A stretch of 64,000 bases of DNA, taken from NCBI GenBank assembly GCA_051294375.1, contig CM119267.1, forward strand, positions 17,090,606 through 17,154,605, read 5' to 3'. This DNA comes from Paraspadella gotoi. Lineage: Eukaryota; Animalia; Chaetognatha. Below the pieces are notes generated by a model. It was not told the origin of the DNA and did not search any database. It worked only from the letters and a program-made list of their open reading frames with translations. The position numbers and the translations under genes were made by a program. Below, in pieces: positions 25,601 through 39,400 of this stretch; position 1 is the first letter of the stretch, and every line of letters starts with the position of its first letter.

Positions 25601-28600
25601 TTTAGAGTTTTACGTCCAGCTGAAATCGCGCCAAGAAGAGCTCCAGGAATTGGGGCAAAGAATCGGTTCGTTGTATTCCTCGTTCGGTCCCGACGATCAC
25701 AAGTTCGCTTCCGCCCGCGTTCGTTCACTCTGCGTAGCCAAGTACGCAGTCGACGGAGGTTGGTACCGCGCCGAAGTCCTTGAGCCGCCTGCCGATATGA
25801 ACTGGGAGCGGCTACTCGTTCAATTCGTCGATTACGGCAACTCAGCGGAAGTTGATAAGGCTGACCTCAAGCGCGTACACCCTTCTTTCAGAGGAGTTGT
25901 TCCGGGGGTCGTTAGGTGCACTTTGAAGGGCATTCGGCCACTCAGCGGCCAAGACAATTGGGATAAGAGAGTTGTTGGCGAAATGGAAAGAATTTGTAGC
26001 GATAATTCGCTCGAATGTCGATTCGTATCCTGGTCAGATAGTCCTGGCTTTCGTGGAACGTACTTGGTTGAAATTGACGTTGGCGGAAAGGATTTGGTGA
26101 CGGAAATCTGCAAAAGTGGACTTGGGGTTTCGGTCGACAACGATAAGAGAAACGAACCTGCTTTGGTGTCAGCAGGCGTTGCAGTGAATCCTCCCAAGTC
26201 AGCATCGCCTCATATGGAATCGTTCTCCGAATCTCCCCCAGTGTCTGTCCCTTGTCATCCTATTCCCCAAGATCCGCGACCCAGCCTCATAACCCACTTT
26301 AATTCCATCGACTCTTTCTTCATTCAACTCAACGATATGGAGGACGTCGTGGTGAATCTGACTAATAACATATTCGAATTATATTCTTCTTGCGGTGATG
26401 CTTACAAACTTAGTCGTACTTGCCCCGGTGCTTTTGTCTGCGCCAAGTGGTCCGATGATGGTTGGTACCGATCCTTAGTCAAATCGGTCGATGGCGATCG
26501 TTGTCACGTCCTCTTCGTCGACTACGGCAACGATGACGATGTTGCTGTCACAGACATACGTCGGCTGGACGAAAGATGGGCATTGACCCCCGCCCTGGCG
26601 TATCACTGCTGCCTCGGAAAACCCGATTCGACTTCCTGGCTGCCGGAAGTGGATCGAGCGGCAAAGAGAATGTTGCTCGAGAAGGTGGTAACTGTGCAAT
26701 TTTCTGGTGGCGAAGATGCTAATAAAGTGGAATCGCCCGTGACAGTTGCCTTGGCTCTTGATGGCAAAGATGTCGCAACACTTCTAGTTCGACCAGCTTC
26801 TCCGGTCGACGACTTGCCTCCTCCCGATCCGGCGCGTATCTCTCCCCAGGCGCCTCCCAATGCAGCACACATTAACGAATCCTCGATAATAGATAGCGCC
26901 TCTAATTCGCTGACCGCAGGTAAAACTTCTTTGTCATCGAGCAAAGACTACGCATACGGAAAATCGTCTACGCCTGCAAAGGGAACTTGTGACGAGATTA
27001 TTTCGGGCCCAACGCCGTCGATGCTTCCCCCTACACTCCCCGTCGTGGACATTGAACCTCCATGCGGTTTTTCCGACTCTTATCCATCTCGGGGATCATC
27101 TAGGCGCGGGTCCGTCTCCTCGCGCCCCGGATCGCCGGAGAGAATGAGCCGGCAACCGGAGCGACCAAGAACGCCTTTACATCTAAAAAGTTCTGCGAAG
27201 ACTGGCTCAATGATCGAGTTGGTAATGCATGTGAACGCGATATCCCAAGCCAATGCCGCTGCGGCTGCCGCGGTCGCTCGACCACTCTTCACCGCCTCGC
27301 CGATTCCCAAGCAACGTTCTCGGGTCTTGATTATGCATCAAGAAGGCATCGAAAAAGTATGGTTTCAACTAGTTGAAAACGATTCTGTCGGCCTAAAGCT
27401 CATGGAAAAGTTGAATTCAGTGTAAGATAATAAAAATCATAGTATAACCTAATTGTGCTGAGATTACTTATTAATAAATAATATTTAGTTACTCTGACTG
27501 CGAATCGGGCACAGGACCTGCAGTTTTGACTAACCCAAAATCAGAAGATTGCTGCATTGCCAAGTCTTCTTCAGATAGTTGCTGGTACCGAGCAATCGTC
27601 GAGGGTGTGCTTGTTGAAATTGGAGCAGTCCAAGTTCGTTACGTGGATTTTGGGAACAAAGGTAAGTTAAGAATTCGTTGAAAAATAAAAAGATCAATAA
27701 GCCTTATGATTTTTCAAAATTTTATTAATACCATAATTACTCATTTTTCTGCGGTTCTTCAGACACGATTCCCCTTTCTCATCTACGAATCGTCCTTCCC
27801 GAGCTCACGACTGAACCTTGCCTTGTCTTCGGTCCATTGTCCGTCTTTACTCCAGGGACGAAACCCGCGCTGAATTGTGATTTGAAATTCAAGGCGATTT
27901 TGGAGCAAGAGCGTCCCTTCGATATCGAAGTTACGGAAGACGGACGAGGCGTTCGTCTCTTTACCGTTCCCGAAGGAAAAGAAGTCGCTTTGGAAGAAGG
28001 CTTGGTGGAATCACGGCTGGAAGGCCAGTGTTATAAAACGTTGTTTTATCTTTCTGTCTGATATTTTTCTTTGTTATAATAAAGAACAATTTTTAAAATA
28101 GAGTGCAAACAAAGAAAAGCGTACACTGTGCAATATTTAACGGTAAACACTGAATTCGTTTGTTACTATTCTGCTGGACCGTCTCCCAACACTTTTTACG
28201 TTCAAGCTTCAGGTACAATGAGCCAATGGGACTAAACTCTGAATGTCAGTGAAATTTTTTTAAAAATTTATCAGTCACAGTAATTTGAATTCTTTTTTTA
28301 AAGGTTGCGAGAACGATTTGAATCAAATCATGAAAACCATCAGCCAAGCTGTTTCTCAGTTCCCCAAGTTACTAAACGTAGAGGAAGGTTTTCCCTGCGT
28401 CGCTAAATTTTCGGAAGACAATAACTGGTATAGTATTATTAAGTTTTTGTATTTGTGTTGCGAGAAAAGATACGGATATGAAATCATTTTCTATGGCTAT
28501 ATGCTTTAAAGGTATCGCGCTGAAGTCCTTCGGTGCCTGCCCAACGGTCTCATCCGAGTCCGTTTTGTCGACTACGGAAACTCTGAAGACGTCCCGAATG

Positions 28601-29002
28601 ACTTCACGAGGTTACGAGACATACCCGAATCAATTCTCAAGCCCCCAGTTAACAGCACGCTTTGCCGTGCAGCGGGATTGAGAAGCAAAGAAGATGTAGG
28701 CTGGTCAGAGGAGGTAAAGAAGAAAAATATTCCGAATAGGAAGGTTTTGATATATCGATTTAGGATATATTTGGTAAACGCAATTCTTATCCTGTCAGGC
28801 GAAGAAAGACTTTTCGAACCTCATTAATAATGTAGAGCTTCACCTCTTCGTTGAGAACTCAACACCAGTGACGCGTCGCAGTACGGCGCACCCGTTCATG
28901 TACGACGTATATATCGGCGACTGCAAGGGATCCATCAATATGTCACAGAAGTTTTTAGATAAGGGTCACGCCATTAAGGACCCCAATACAAAACTCGCTT
29001 AA
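19636..29002 (+). CDS. Multi-Tudor domain protein (Tudor/TDRD6/TDRD15-like, about 8 extended Tudor domains)
   Basis: Eight repeats of the pattern CxAK...DxxWYRA...V.(F/Y)VD(Y/F)GN with SN-like flanks (SPxxFYxQ). A role in the piRNA/germ-granule pathway is inferred from the family. Confidence 0.92.
21091..23328. mobile_element. Non-autonomous TIR DNA transposon, copy 2 (at the 3' splice site of a Tudor intron)
   Basis: Same TIRs and orientation as copy 1; flanked by the 4-bp direct repeat TTAG (21087-21090 and 23329-23332). Confidence 0.93.
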
Positions 29003-29189
29003 AAGCAGATGTCTTTTAGCCAATTTTCGTCTTTGAAACATTTTCGTCTTTTAGCCAATTTTTGTTGACTTTCTTGTGGTATTATTTCTTTCATTGTTGG
29101 CATATGTATCGTCTAATTCTAAAAATTGGTCAAGATTGACTTGATTTCGCTGATGTTTTTCTCTGTTCGTCCTACCTTAATATTATTTA

Positions 29190-29236
29190 AAATTGGTACA
29201 ACCAATATAAAAATTATCCATTAATTTAATAAATAA
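29190..29236. repeat. Partial copy of the short dispersed hairpin repeat
   Basis: aaattggtacaaccaatataaaaattatccatt matches 46471 onward. Confidence 0.8.
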
Positions 29237-29538
29237 TTAATATTTAATTTAAACGAATAAGAATTTTTGATTGACAATCAAGTTAGTATTATTTAACTTA
29301 TTTAAAATATATTTAGGTTGGCATTTAACGCCTCTTCCTGGTTCAATTTTTTTTTGTTTCTACAATTGCATCTTTTTTTTGCCAGCTAGGAAAATATGAT
29401 GATTGAGTTTCGCTTTCTAAAAAAATTGAAACTTCAATTTGAATGAACGCGTTGGAACCAACTTTGGAAATTTTGGATGCGCACAAAAGCGCATAATTCA
29501 TTAGTAGGCGCGAGAGAAAGAAACGCATCAGTCATGTA

Positions 29539-30590
29539 ATGAATTCCTCGGCAGTGGACTTCTTCCCTTCTCTACAAACTATGAGTCTGTCTTGCGTGGA
29601 GCAAGAACAAATATGCGTCCGAAGTTGGTTCCTCAACTGGTCATCATGGCAACGCAGGTAAATGTCATTTCGAAAAGGATGGAGAAATATATCTAGTTTA
29701 TTCAATAGTCACACAGTATAGATATCTCGTATTAATTCCTCTTAACCATACTTTTTATCGGTTTAGCAAATTTATGGAGGAGTTGTTGTGCAAGGCGGTT
29801 CCCGCTGATTCCGCGGATTTGTTACTCGATTCAATCGGCGGACTCACGCTACAAGGGTGAGTTGATTGGTGTCGGTTGGGAAACCTTTGGCCTACATTAC
29901 GTGAAATGGACTTCTAGTGAAAGGCAGTGGAAGTTAACGCGCTTGATTATATTTTATTGTCATCATTTACGTATTTAGTGTGGTTTTTTCTATAACTTAT
30001 TCGTTAGTAACAGTACGAAAATTGGTTGTATTTTTATTTCAGAAACGATCGCGGGCCCTCCCTGTTTCAATGTCAGTTGAAACTCTTTCGTCAATGGTTT
30101 GATAACTGGCAAGATAAAGAGCGAAGTCAATTTCTCGGGAGACTTCAAGTGAGTTATTCTTAAGTATTTGCCAGAACTCTTCACTTAAATACATATATAA
30201 AGGAAAAAAATTATTGATTTCTTCGAAGGGATTGTTTTTTTGGAACTTTTGCCTCGTCATCAAAGAGGAGTACCTCACCTTTCGCTTTCATTTCCTTTTT
30301 TTCCCAAAATCCCGCGGTGATAAAACGGGTTTTTATCAACGGGCTGAGAGTAAAACTGATTACCGAAATTGACTCACGGCATTCGATTTTAACTCGAGAC
30401 CTTCGGTTTCGAATGATTGTAACGGGTTTTTAATTTGAACCCGTTACAAGCCGAGATCTTAAGATGACTTTTACGTCTTCATTATCTCCGATATTTTTTA
30501 CCGTTTTTTGTTTTTTTTTTTCAGGAGATTGATTCCGAATTTGTGTCCCAGTTCCAACGAGCCGTCGACAGCCGAACGTCAACGACCTGA
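29539..30590 (+). CDS. C14orf119: C14orf119 homolog (DUF4508), 4 exons
   Basis: Spliced: CVRSWFLNWSSWQRSKFMEELLCKAVP...GPSLFQCQLKLFRQWFDNWQDKERSQFLGRLQEIDSEFV. Missed by the ORF track because the exons are short. Confidence 0.88.
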
Positions 30591-30811
30591 TTTCGATTAC
30601 AACGTCCGTTAGTGATTCTCACCCGTGACTAAAGACCGAAATTCTCATTAAACGAAAGATACTCGTGCTGACGTCGACGTAATTTTTGCACTCGATTCAA
30701 TACGGCGATTTTATTTATGACTCGTCAACAACTTTTATTCCTCCCATGCATGATCTCAATCTTAAATGAGAAAAAAAAAGAAGAAGGAAACTCGGAAATA
30801 AGTAATGAATT

Positions 30812-32256
30812 ATGAAAAGATGTTCGATGTCGGAAAAGGGAAAATCAAATTCTGGTGGCGTTGTTGAAGCGAAACGAGAGGCGATCGGTTTCTCAGTCGG
30901 CGTTTTGCTGACCTCTGCGATTCTGATCATCAATAAATACGTTCTGACGTCGCTCGGGTTTCAGGTAATTCGGGGATTAACATTAGGGAACGCGCGGAGA
31001 TGTTAATTCGTTTTGCGACACGAAATTGATTTAAAGCGACTCGTGTTTTTTTTTAAATTTATTCGATGTTTTTTCGACAACATACATTCGCTCATTATTT
31101 TTGAGAGTTCGACCGATTGAATCATTTTGAACTTCCTTCCTTCATTTCCCAAAACCCCCTCCCGTTCCCTCCTATCAGTTTCCAACTATTTTTCTGGGAT
31201 GGCAGACGTTTGCGCAATTTTTTATCCTAAAAATCGATGGAGCTATTTTAAACGGAGCAAAAACGAACCTCGCGAAAAAATGGCGTCAGGTAAAAAGTGA
31301 TACTGAATTGTAAGTTGTATGTTGATATTAGCATTGATATTTCTCTTGTTCCTTTCTCCAACTTCCCTACGCATTTTTCTCAGCTCCTTCACTTTTCTCC
31401 CTCTATCTTCCTCCACCTCGTCGCCATCTACGCCGGGTCCCGCGCCCTCTCCCGTCTCGACCTTCATTTATTCCTCGTCCTGCAGAACTTTCGACTCGTC
31501 CTGCGCTCGTCACTTCTCATCCTTGCGGCCCCGCTTCTCAACGCAGAACAACGTTGGCGCTATTGGCCGGAGTTGGGTAGCGCTCTACTTCTATTTGTCA
31601 TCGCGGCAGCCGGTTACTCCGTTGGAGAATTGGACGCCGACTCCTACGACGGAGAAGCTTACCAATGGTGCGGCTTGCACGCGGCAGCCCTCGCCGCCGG
31701 CGACGCCTTCTCGACTCTTTTCGTGGATGAACGACAGGAAGCGGCGCTTACCGGCGCGGAACGCGCCCTCCTCCTCAACGGCGTCGGATTTTTATTCCTC
31801 AGCTTCGGCGCTTTCATCACGGGCCAAGTTTACGCCGCCAACTTGTTTCCTCACTGGCGTTTGTACCGATTCTACCTTGCCTGTTTTCTCAGCGGCTGCT
31901 TGAGCGGATTGTCCAACTCTTTAGAGTTTCGACTCAACGACGGCAAATCCACTGATAGCGACGCGATGTCTCCGCTTGGGGATAAACCAACGCAGGAGAC
32001 GAAGAGGTCGTGGAATGATCCCGTCTATCCCGATTGGCAAGTCATGGCGAAGCCTATCGTCTCAATGTTCTCATTTGTTTTCTTGTGCTCGTCCGCGTCG
32101 CGGTCTTCGCCGCGGTTTCTTCTGCTTTGTTTCGTCTCCTTTTCCGCCGAGTGTTTTTACCTCAAAACCTATTTTGGCTTTCTCAAATATTTTCCCAAAA
32201 TCCTGCGGAGTTTGGAACAAGCGTGGGCGCGAAAAAAAGGGTTGATTCTCGCCTGA
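30812..32256 (+). CDS. TMEM241: TMEM241 (nucleotide-sugar transporter family)
   Basis: INKYVLTSLGFQ|FPTIFLGWQT and AIYAGSRALSRL motifs; multiple transmembrane segments. Start could be 30827. Confidence 0.85.
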
Positions 32257-32385
32257 AAATCATCGGGAGTTGAGGACCAATAATGATAAATTAGTTTTTT
32301 TTTTTTTCGATCTGGTCTATTGGCTAAAAAAAACCTTTTCTTCTCGCTTAAATTTTTTTTTTTCCTCAGTCTTTTTAAAGAGAAA

Positions 32386-33303
32386 ATGAAAAAACATTCA
32401 ACGACCACATCGCTCCCCAACGGAAAATCCCGAGAAGCGAAGGAAAAACGAAAAAACTCGGTTTTGCTCGGCTACGATTGGGCGGCGGCCATCGTTGACG
32501 ATTCCCGGGACGTCGGGTCGCGCGCCTATTTGGACGAGCGGGACGAAGACTTGGGGTGAGGTGGAAGGTTATAAAAAACTAAGTAAACTAATTTGGTCTC
32601 ACCGGTCGCTTTAACCTTTCGTCTCAGCGAAATTCGCGCCTTTCGTCAAAGCCACGCCTCCTCCTGCGTCGGCGCATCGACCGTCGATGGCATCGATCGC
32701 GAAATGCGCGACTTGGGTCCAGTGGCCGATTTCAAAACAACGGACGTTGAACCTCGTCCCCGTCCTACTCCCGTTGACAATCACATCTGCGTCTTTCCTT
32801 TCGAAATCTCGGAGAGGCTTTTCGCTCGGCCATTGCAGACTCTTGGAAAAAAGGTTGGTGGAATTTAAGAGAGTCTGTGGTGTAATCTCGTATTTGTTTT
32901 CGCTGTTTTTAAAACAGAAATTTTGATTTGGGTTAATTTTTTAAATTTTTATTGAGAGATTTTTTTTTCCACCTAGGATTCTTCATCCGCCTGCGCCGTG
33001 TGCTCCCGTCCCCGCCCGACTCCTTCCATCGAACCCTCCTTCGTGAAAGTGAGTCTTTCCCGCGGAAGAGCCGCTCCACCTTACATTCCACGACCCCATC
33101 GCCGAAACTCTTTCGATCCTTCCGACTCTCTCTCCCTCGCCGCACACCTTCTTCAAGGATGGCGCCCGCGGGGATGCGCCGACGCCATGCCCGTCACAAA
33201 GAGTCTGGCTTTGAGGAGGAACTTGAGAAAGCGAGAGGAGGAGCAAGAGAATAATGACGGTAGAAAAGTGAGGAGCTCGAAGAGAAGAGCGGAAAACTTT
33301 TAA
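32386..33303 (+). CDS. MIIP: Migration and invasion inhibitory protein homolog
   Basis: LLGYDWAAAIVD, HICVFPFEISERLFARPL and PHRRNSFDPSDSLSLAAHLLQGW match the conserved MIIP blocks; 3 exons. Confidence 0.82.
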
Positions 33304-33473
33304 GTCGACAGATTCTATTTGTATGCAATTGTTCGCGTTATCGTTTCATTTTCAACTTCGAATCGTTGACTGTTAATTGTTTTTCTCCCGATTTACTTTT
33401 TCATCATACGTTTTTACACCATCTTTAGCGCGATTCGCTTTCGAAAATCGCTCAACTTTATATCTAAATTAAT

Positions 33474-36400
33474 ATGGACGCTTTGGCCAATTATTCCGGC
33501 GAAAGCGACGATGGAGAGGATTTGGAAAGAAGTTCCAAACATTCGGATTCGAAATCGACCGCTGGAGGTTAGTTTGCGCAGTGGGGAAGGCGAATGAAGA
33601 AAATTGCGAAATTTACAAGACATTTTATTGTATAGGTCGTTCGAGTAACAACAAATCCCCCCCGAAGGCAGAGTCGAAACGAAGGTCGTCGTCTTCATCG
33701 TCGGAATCGAACAGGTAGAAGTTATTCCTCTTTTATCGGGGTTTTTTTTTCGTCGAATCTTACTTTTTTAGTTTTTATATTGTGCATATTTTTAGCCTTT
33801 CGTGTGTGTTCTCGATAAAATTTGCATCTTTTCTTGGGTAAAACCAACGATCGTAAGCTTAATCAAATTATAATCAAGTCAAAACCAAATACGAAATTTC
33901 ATTATTAAACAAGTTTACTTATGTACAAAGACTCACATTCTGCTATGATTTCCCCTTTCTTCGAAATTCGCATTTGTAAAAAAAACCACACATCCCTTGT
34001 AACTCGGTCTCCCGCTGGCCTCGCCACTTCCGCCATCCGACACAAAATAGAGAAAAAAGAAAATATAGGTGACGGCGGAGCCACGATCTCTCTCGCCCTC
34101 GACATCGACGAAAGAAGAGTTGGCGTTAAGGAGAACGCGCCCCCCTTCGAAACGAAGCCGACCGGAGATCCCGGCGCCGACGCGTGCCACGCCCCTTCCG
34201 CGTGGCACCGCACTGCCAAGAGTCAGGCCGTCAGAGCCTATTTGGTTTTTTTCTTTCTTTCGTAAAGCGAACCCTTATTTAAAAAAAAAAACTATTATCC
34301 CGTTTTATATATATATGTACAGTTATAAAATTTCACGGTATATGAAATTACGTCTTTTATACTGAGAACATTTGTCGGGTGGGTGACTCGATATAGTTTT
34401 TTCCCACGATTCTTTGCTACGACCGTTTTTTTCTTTCTCGTTTCTAAAAGAGAATTCGACCGATGTCCCTCCCCCTTTCCCCCCCCCATCCACCCCCCTT
34501 TGTAGTGGCAGCAGCGATGAATCCGACGAACCGGACGACGAGGAAACCGCCGACGTCAAAGCCGGAGGGAAACCCCAAGTCCCCGACGAGAGCGGAGGCG
34601 ACAGATCCGATATGGAGCTCGACGAAGAAAACGACGACGACGAACTCGACGGGATGAGAAATCCCGCGGATGTCTCCTCCGAAGGGATGAAGAGCGGAGA
34701 GAGAACGAGGGAGAAAAGGAGAGAAGGTTAGATAAGCACTGGACATTGGACAAGGAAAGGCCGAGACCATCTCGGAAAATTCAATATTTTTTGTCGTTGT
34801 TTTAGGACATTCGAGACACCAAAGTTCTAGAGATTCGGAGAGAAAGCGGCTTTCCAGTAGCGGACAGGACAGTAAAGAGCCTCGACGACGTGAGAGGTAA
34901 GCTTTGGACCGGAATAATTTTTATACCCGTTCTTGCCAAAAACCGTTTCATGAAGTGATTAAACTTTTTTTTTTTGGGGGGGGGGAGAGTCAAGCAGAAA
35001 AAAACTTTGATTTAACAATCCTGCGAATTGTGACATATTTGTTTTTCAAGTGAACTAATCGAGCTTCTGTTTTCTCCCACTGAAACACAAAGTAACCTCC
35101 TATAGGCGCGACGCTAACGACGACGGCCACGACGCCGATCGCGACTCTGGGCGCCGATCTGGGAGCCACCGACGACACAAACGTAGCGATCACGGAAGGC
35201 GGCGTGATCACGGCCGATCTCATCGCAGTAAACATGGACACCGCCGATCGAGGTGAGAGAACGCGAAATGAATAATAATTTCTAAACTTGGTTTCTACTT
35301 TCTGAAAGAAAAAAATATTTAAGTGGAAGTTCATATATTCAATATTTGTCTTACACTATAATTTAACTGTGCATTTCTAACTTTTTAAAATTAAATGCGG
35401 AGAATAATTAGTTATAAAAATTCGCAAAATTACTTAAATTCAATTCAATTATTCATTCGTCAATGCATTGACGGACCTTTTCTTAAAAAATAAATTAACT
35501 CGTGCTAATGTTTAAAAAAAAAAACACGTTTTAGGTCTCGGTCTCGTTCGCGCGACCGACGACACGGAAGTCACCGCCGTCACGACGACGACGGTCGGAG
35601 ACGCGACGAACGACGACATAGAAGCGACAGAAAAAGGAGGCGGTCGAGAGAGAGGAGGAGGAGGTCGTATTCCAGGTGGGAGGGGAAGTATTCTTTCCTT
35701 TTTAAGTACGGTCGAATTTGTCCCGAGATTTGTTAACAACTGCTAAAGAATTTCTTATCGTTCGCTGAAAGGTATTTGAGGGTAAGTAGCCGAGTGACCG
35801 GTAGTCGGAATGAATAGAAAATGGCCAATCTTGTTTGTAGTGGTCTAAGTTTTTTTTTCGAGTCTTCAATTTCGACGTCTGAGTCAAATTAAAACCTCTG
35901 AAATTTTTATAGTCTCGACAGTCGTTCGTTTATACACGAGAACTAACTCGCTTTATTAAAATAAAATGTCAAAATCTTCCAACCTGATGAAAAAATATTC
36001 TTCAACGAAAATGAGCGATTTTAATCCTCCTCGTCGATTGTCGACGCGGCTTTCGACAAAGGGTCCTTTTGCCGTTCCTAATCATCTAGTCGATCACAAC
36101 TACGCCAAGAGACCGCCATTTCCGAGTTGTGCACGGATTTTGGCCAAATTTCGTGTTGCTCTTTCGACCGCCAGAGTTAAACTTTGGTCTTTGCATGAGC
36201 GGAGACGGAACGAAAAGAAATCCTCGTCGGCGTCCGGGCTTTTACGCTTCAGCTCTCGTCCCAGCCTCCGGTATCGCCGGAGGGACGAGGACACTCTTAA
36301 ATACAACGTTAGCCGCCGGACAATCTACGACGGTCGCGACAAGTTTGTCTGCCGCACCATGAACGAAACTCAAATCCGTCTCAGTCGTCGCATGATCCAT

Positions 36401-39400
36401 GAAAATCGTCTCTACTCGTCTCAGTCGCGAATTCGTCCCGTTCCTTCCCGAGTCGCCAAACTTTCGCGTCCCGTTTCTTGCGCGTCGCTTTCCTCTCGTC
36501 CCCAAATCCAGTCTTCTTTGAAGTCCGCCTCTCGTCCTCTGAGTTTACCGCCTTTGGCGACGGTCGCTCCGCCCCCGCGCCCTTCAAACGATTACGCCGA
36601 CGACGACTACTACGGATTTTGCTTTTTTTGTGGGTTAACCTTCTGCGACGAGGCGGCCTTCGACCGCCATGTCGATAGCCGATGTTTCCAATTTCGGCCA
36701 GAGGAGCTGAACAAAACGACGGAGATGTCGGGCATTTCGTGGGACGAAGCCTCGAGCTACGACGGAATAGTCGAACGACGTTCCCACCGAAGCCAGAATT
36801 CAAATGCCGACGTCGTCGGCGAGCTCCTCAGCAGCGGGTCTTCGACGGAAGTCGTCACTATCAACTCTGGAAAGTGGCGTCGAATTTCCGAAGGTAGCAT
36901 CTCAACGGATTCCGACTACCAAACGGCAACTCCTTCGCCTGTTTCTGCCCCCTCCGATCCGGTCGAAGCTCGTTTCAATTTCGAACCAATTCTTAAAACT
37001 GCAAGTGGTTTCACTGCAATCGACAAAACCTCGGAGTCAGAAGCTTTTGTCCCTGTTGAATGCGCGAATTTTTGAAGTTTTGTACCCTATCAGCATAAAT
37101 CTGGTTGATTGTAGTTTTAGTGACGATTTGAAACAGATGAAATTGTTTTTAGCGTTTTTATGAATATTTTGAAATATATTTTAAAGTAAAAAGTTTGTTT
37201 TTGTAATTTCATAGTTAAATTTTGGAAGACTGAGTCAGAGTTTGTTGACTGAGATTACCCAGTAGTCGTTTTTTCCGCGCGGTTTGGAAGAAAAATTGTT
37301 TAGGCTCATTCTAAGATATAACAGTTTAAAATATTTTTGGAAGTACTTATTTGTAGTATAATAATGCTTCTGGCAAGGTGTACATTGCTTTTTTTGTTTA
37401 AACTGTTTTGAAGTAAGCAGGTAAAGTTAGGGGAAGTTATTGTTAGTTTAGTTTTTATAAAAACTTATTTTTATCAAAAAATTTAACGATATTGTTAGAT
37501 AAGTTAATCATGTAAGATTTTTGAATTCATAGTAAAAGGGTCAAAATGGTAAAAAATACCTAAATTATAAACATAAAATTCTTTTAAAATTATGTCTTAT
37601 TAAATAGGTTTAATGAAAGATGAAAAGCTTAAAATTAGGTCAATTGAACCAAACTTTGTCAATAGGGTGGGTCAGAAGTTTGATTTGGGAACCTTCCCAA
37701 ATGAAACTTCATACATTTCTGAGAAAGCTAATTAATTTTTTAATATTTATAGATAGGAAATGTCAAAAAAAAAATTTTAAATTTTTTTTTAAAAGCAGAT
37801 TCAGATAGCTTATTAAAAGTTGTCTACACAAAGTATAATTCTTTTTTCAATATTTTGATGATAAGTGGGTCAAAATTGGGAAAAACTGAAAAAATCATCA
37901 TCATCATCCGATGATTTTAATAGTTTTTACTAATTTTTAATAATAAAACATCAAAATTTTAAAAAGTTGTAATTACATTTTTTGTTTAACATTTTGAGCT
38001 CTATCAGAATCAATTAAAAAAACTTACAATATCTAAAAAATATTTTTGACATTATATAGCAATATAATAATTTTAATTAACGAATTACTCATGGTTCGGA
38101 ACATTTTTGCAAAAAAATATTTTAACACAATAACTAATACTAATAATGGATTCGTTTAATGCTGTTCCCATTAAAATTGTCAGAATTGTCATTTTCAGAA
38201 ACGATCACGGAAAAATATTAATAAGTATGGCTTTTATCGTATGCAATACAATGCGCGCGCATAAAAACGACTAAATGTTTTGAAAACGCCTTTTAGTTGC
38301 TTAAGAATTCGTTTCATTTTATATAAAAGTAAAATGTCAGAAAAAACTTTTACCACTCATTTTATTATTGTATCTCAAATCGTTCAGACAGAGTAGGACG
38401 TTAAGTTTTGTCTTGATAAAGGGTCCCACCCCTGTAATTTTGTTCACTCGATATTTCTCGCTTTAAACAGGTCCGGTTCATCGTCGTACTCCAGATCGCG
38501 TTCTCGAGATAGAGACCACATCTACAAGACTGGGGTGGAAAAGAGAGAAGCTAAAGTCAAGAAGCTAGGAATGGTCGTTGCGGATCCCGTTACTGGGGAA
38601 GGTGCGTTCTAAATTTATTGTCATAAGTTATTAATTAATATTGATAATCTTTTCGTTCGGTTTGTTTTTTAGGTGGCGAGGTTTCGGCTAATAATTCGGC
38701 CGGTAAGGTTCGAGCGTTTTAGCTTTTTTAAATACAGTTTCTCCGTCAATTTTTTAAATATTTTTGAAACATAAGTATTGGCGAAAAAACTTGTCATTAA
38801 AGTGTGATGAATTTCTTTATAACCCAGTTAGCAAAGTGCTTTTATTAATATCTAGGAGTCGGACCTATTGCAGCGGCTAAAGCGGCCGCGGCAGCCGCTG
38901 CCGCTGCCCGGGTAAATCTCGCTTTAAAACAAAACCAAGCTGCTGCCGCAGCTGCTGCTGTTTCACCCCCACCAGCTGCGCCTTCGGCTCAGGGGCCTGT
39001 TGTTCCTCTCATGTCTCTAGACACCTCCTCTGATGGCGGTGAGACATACCTTTTGTCTAATCTCACTTGGTTAATCTGTACCAATCCCGAATTACATCAA
39101 ACCCAGGTAACAAGGACGGGACGCCCATGTGCGAAGATATTGCTTCCGCTGTTGCGGCGGCGACGGCTAAAGCAGCTTCTTTGGCGCAGCAGGCGGCTGC
39201 GCTTAATCCTCAAGCGGCGATGGAAGCTGCGATGAAGGAGATGCACGAGAAAGTCCAAGCGGAAACTGGGATCGCCGTTCCGAAGTTTTATAACCCCACC
39301 GCCGTTAATCCCATGAAATACGCCGAGCAGGTACGCCTGGCGGGCCTTTTTCATATTCAGTTATGCAGTCTTTTTTTATAGCTCTAGTTCAACATTTTTC

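Noticed and set aside
37200-38400. Transposon remnant in the RSRC2 intron
   Set aside because: AT-rich and TE-like, but no TIR pair, TSD or second copy could be identified.
38800-38855. Intronic C/D snoRNA candidates (RTGATGA at ~38804, ~46430 and ~46887)
   Set aside because: No suitably placed CTGA box with a terminal stem for two of them; the 46430 site lies inside a dispersed repeat.
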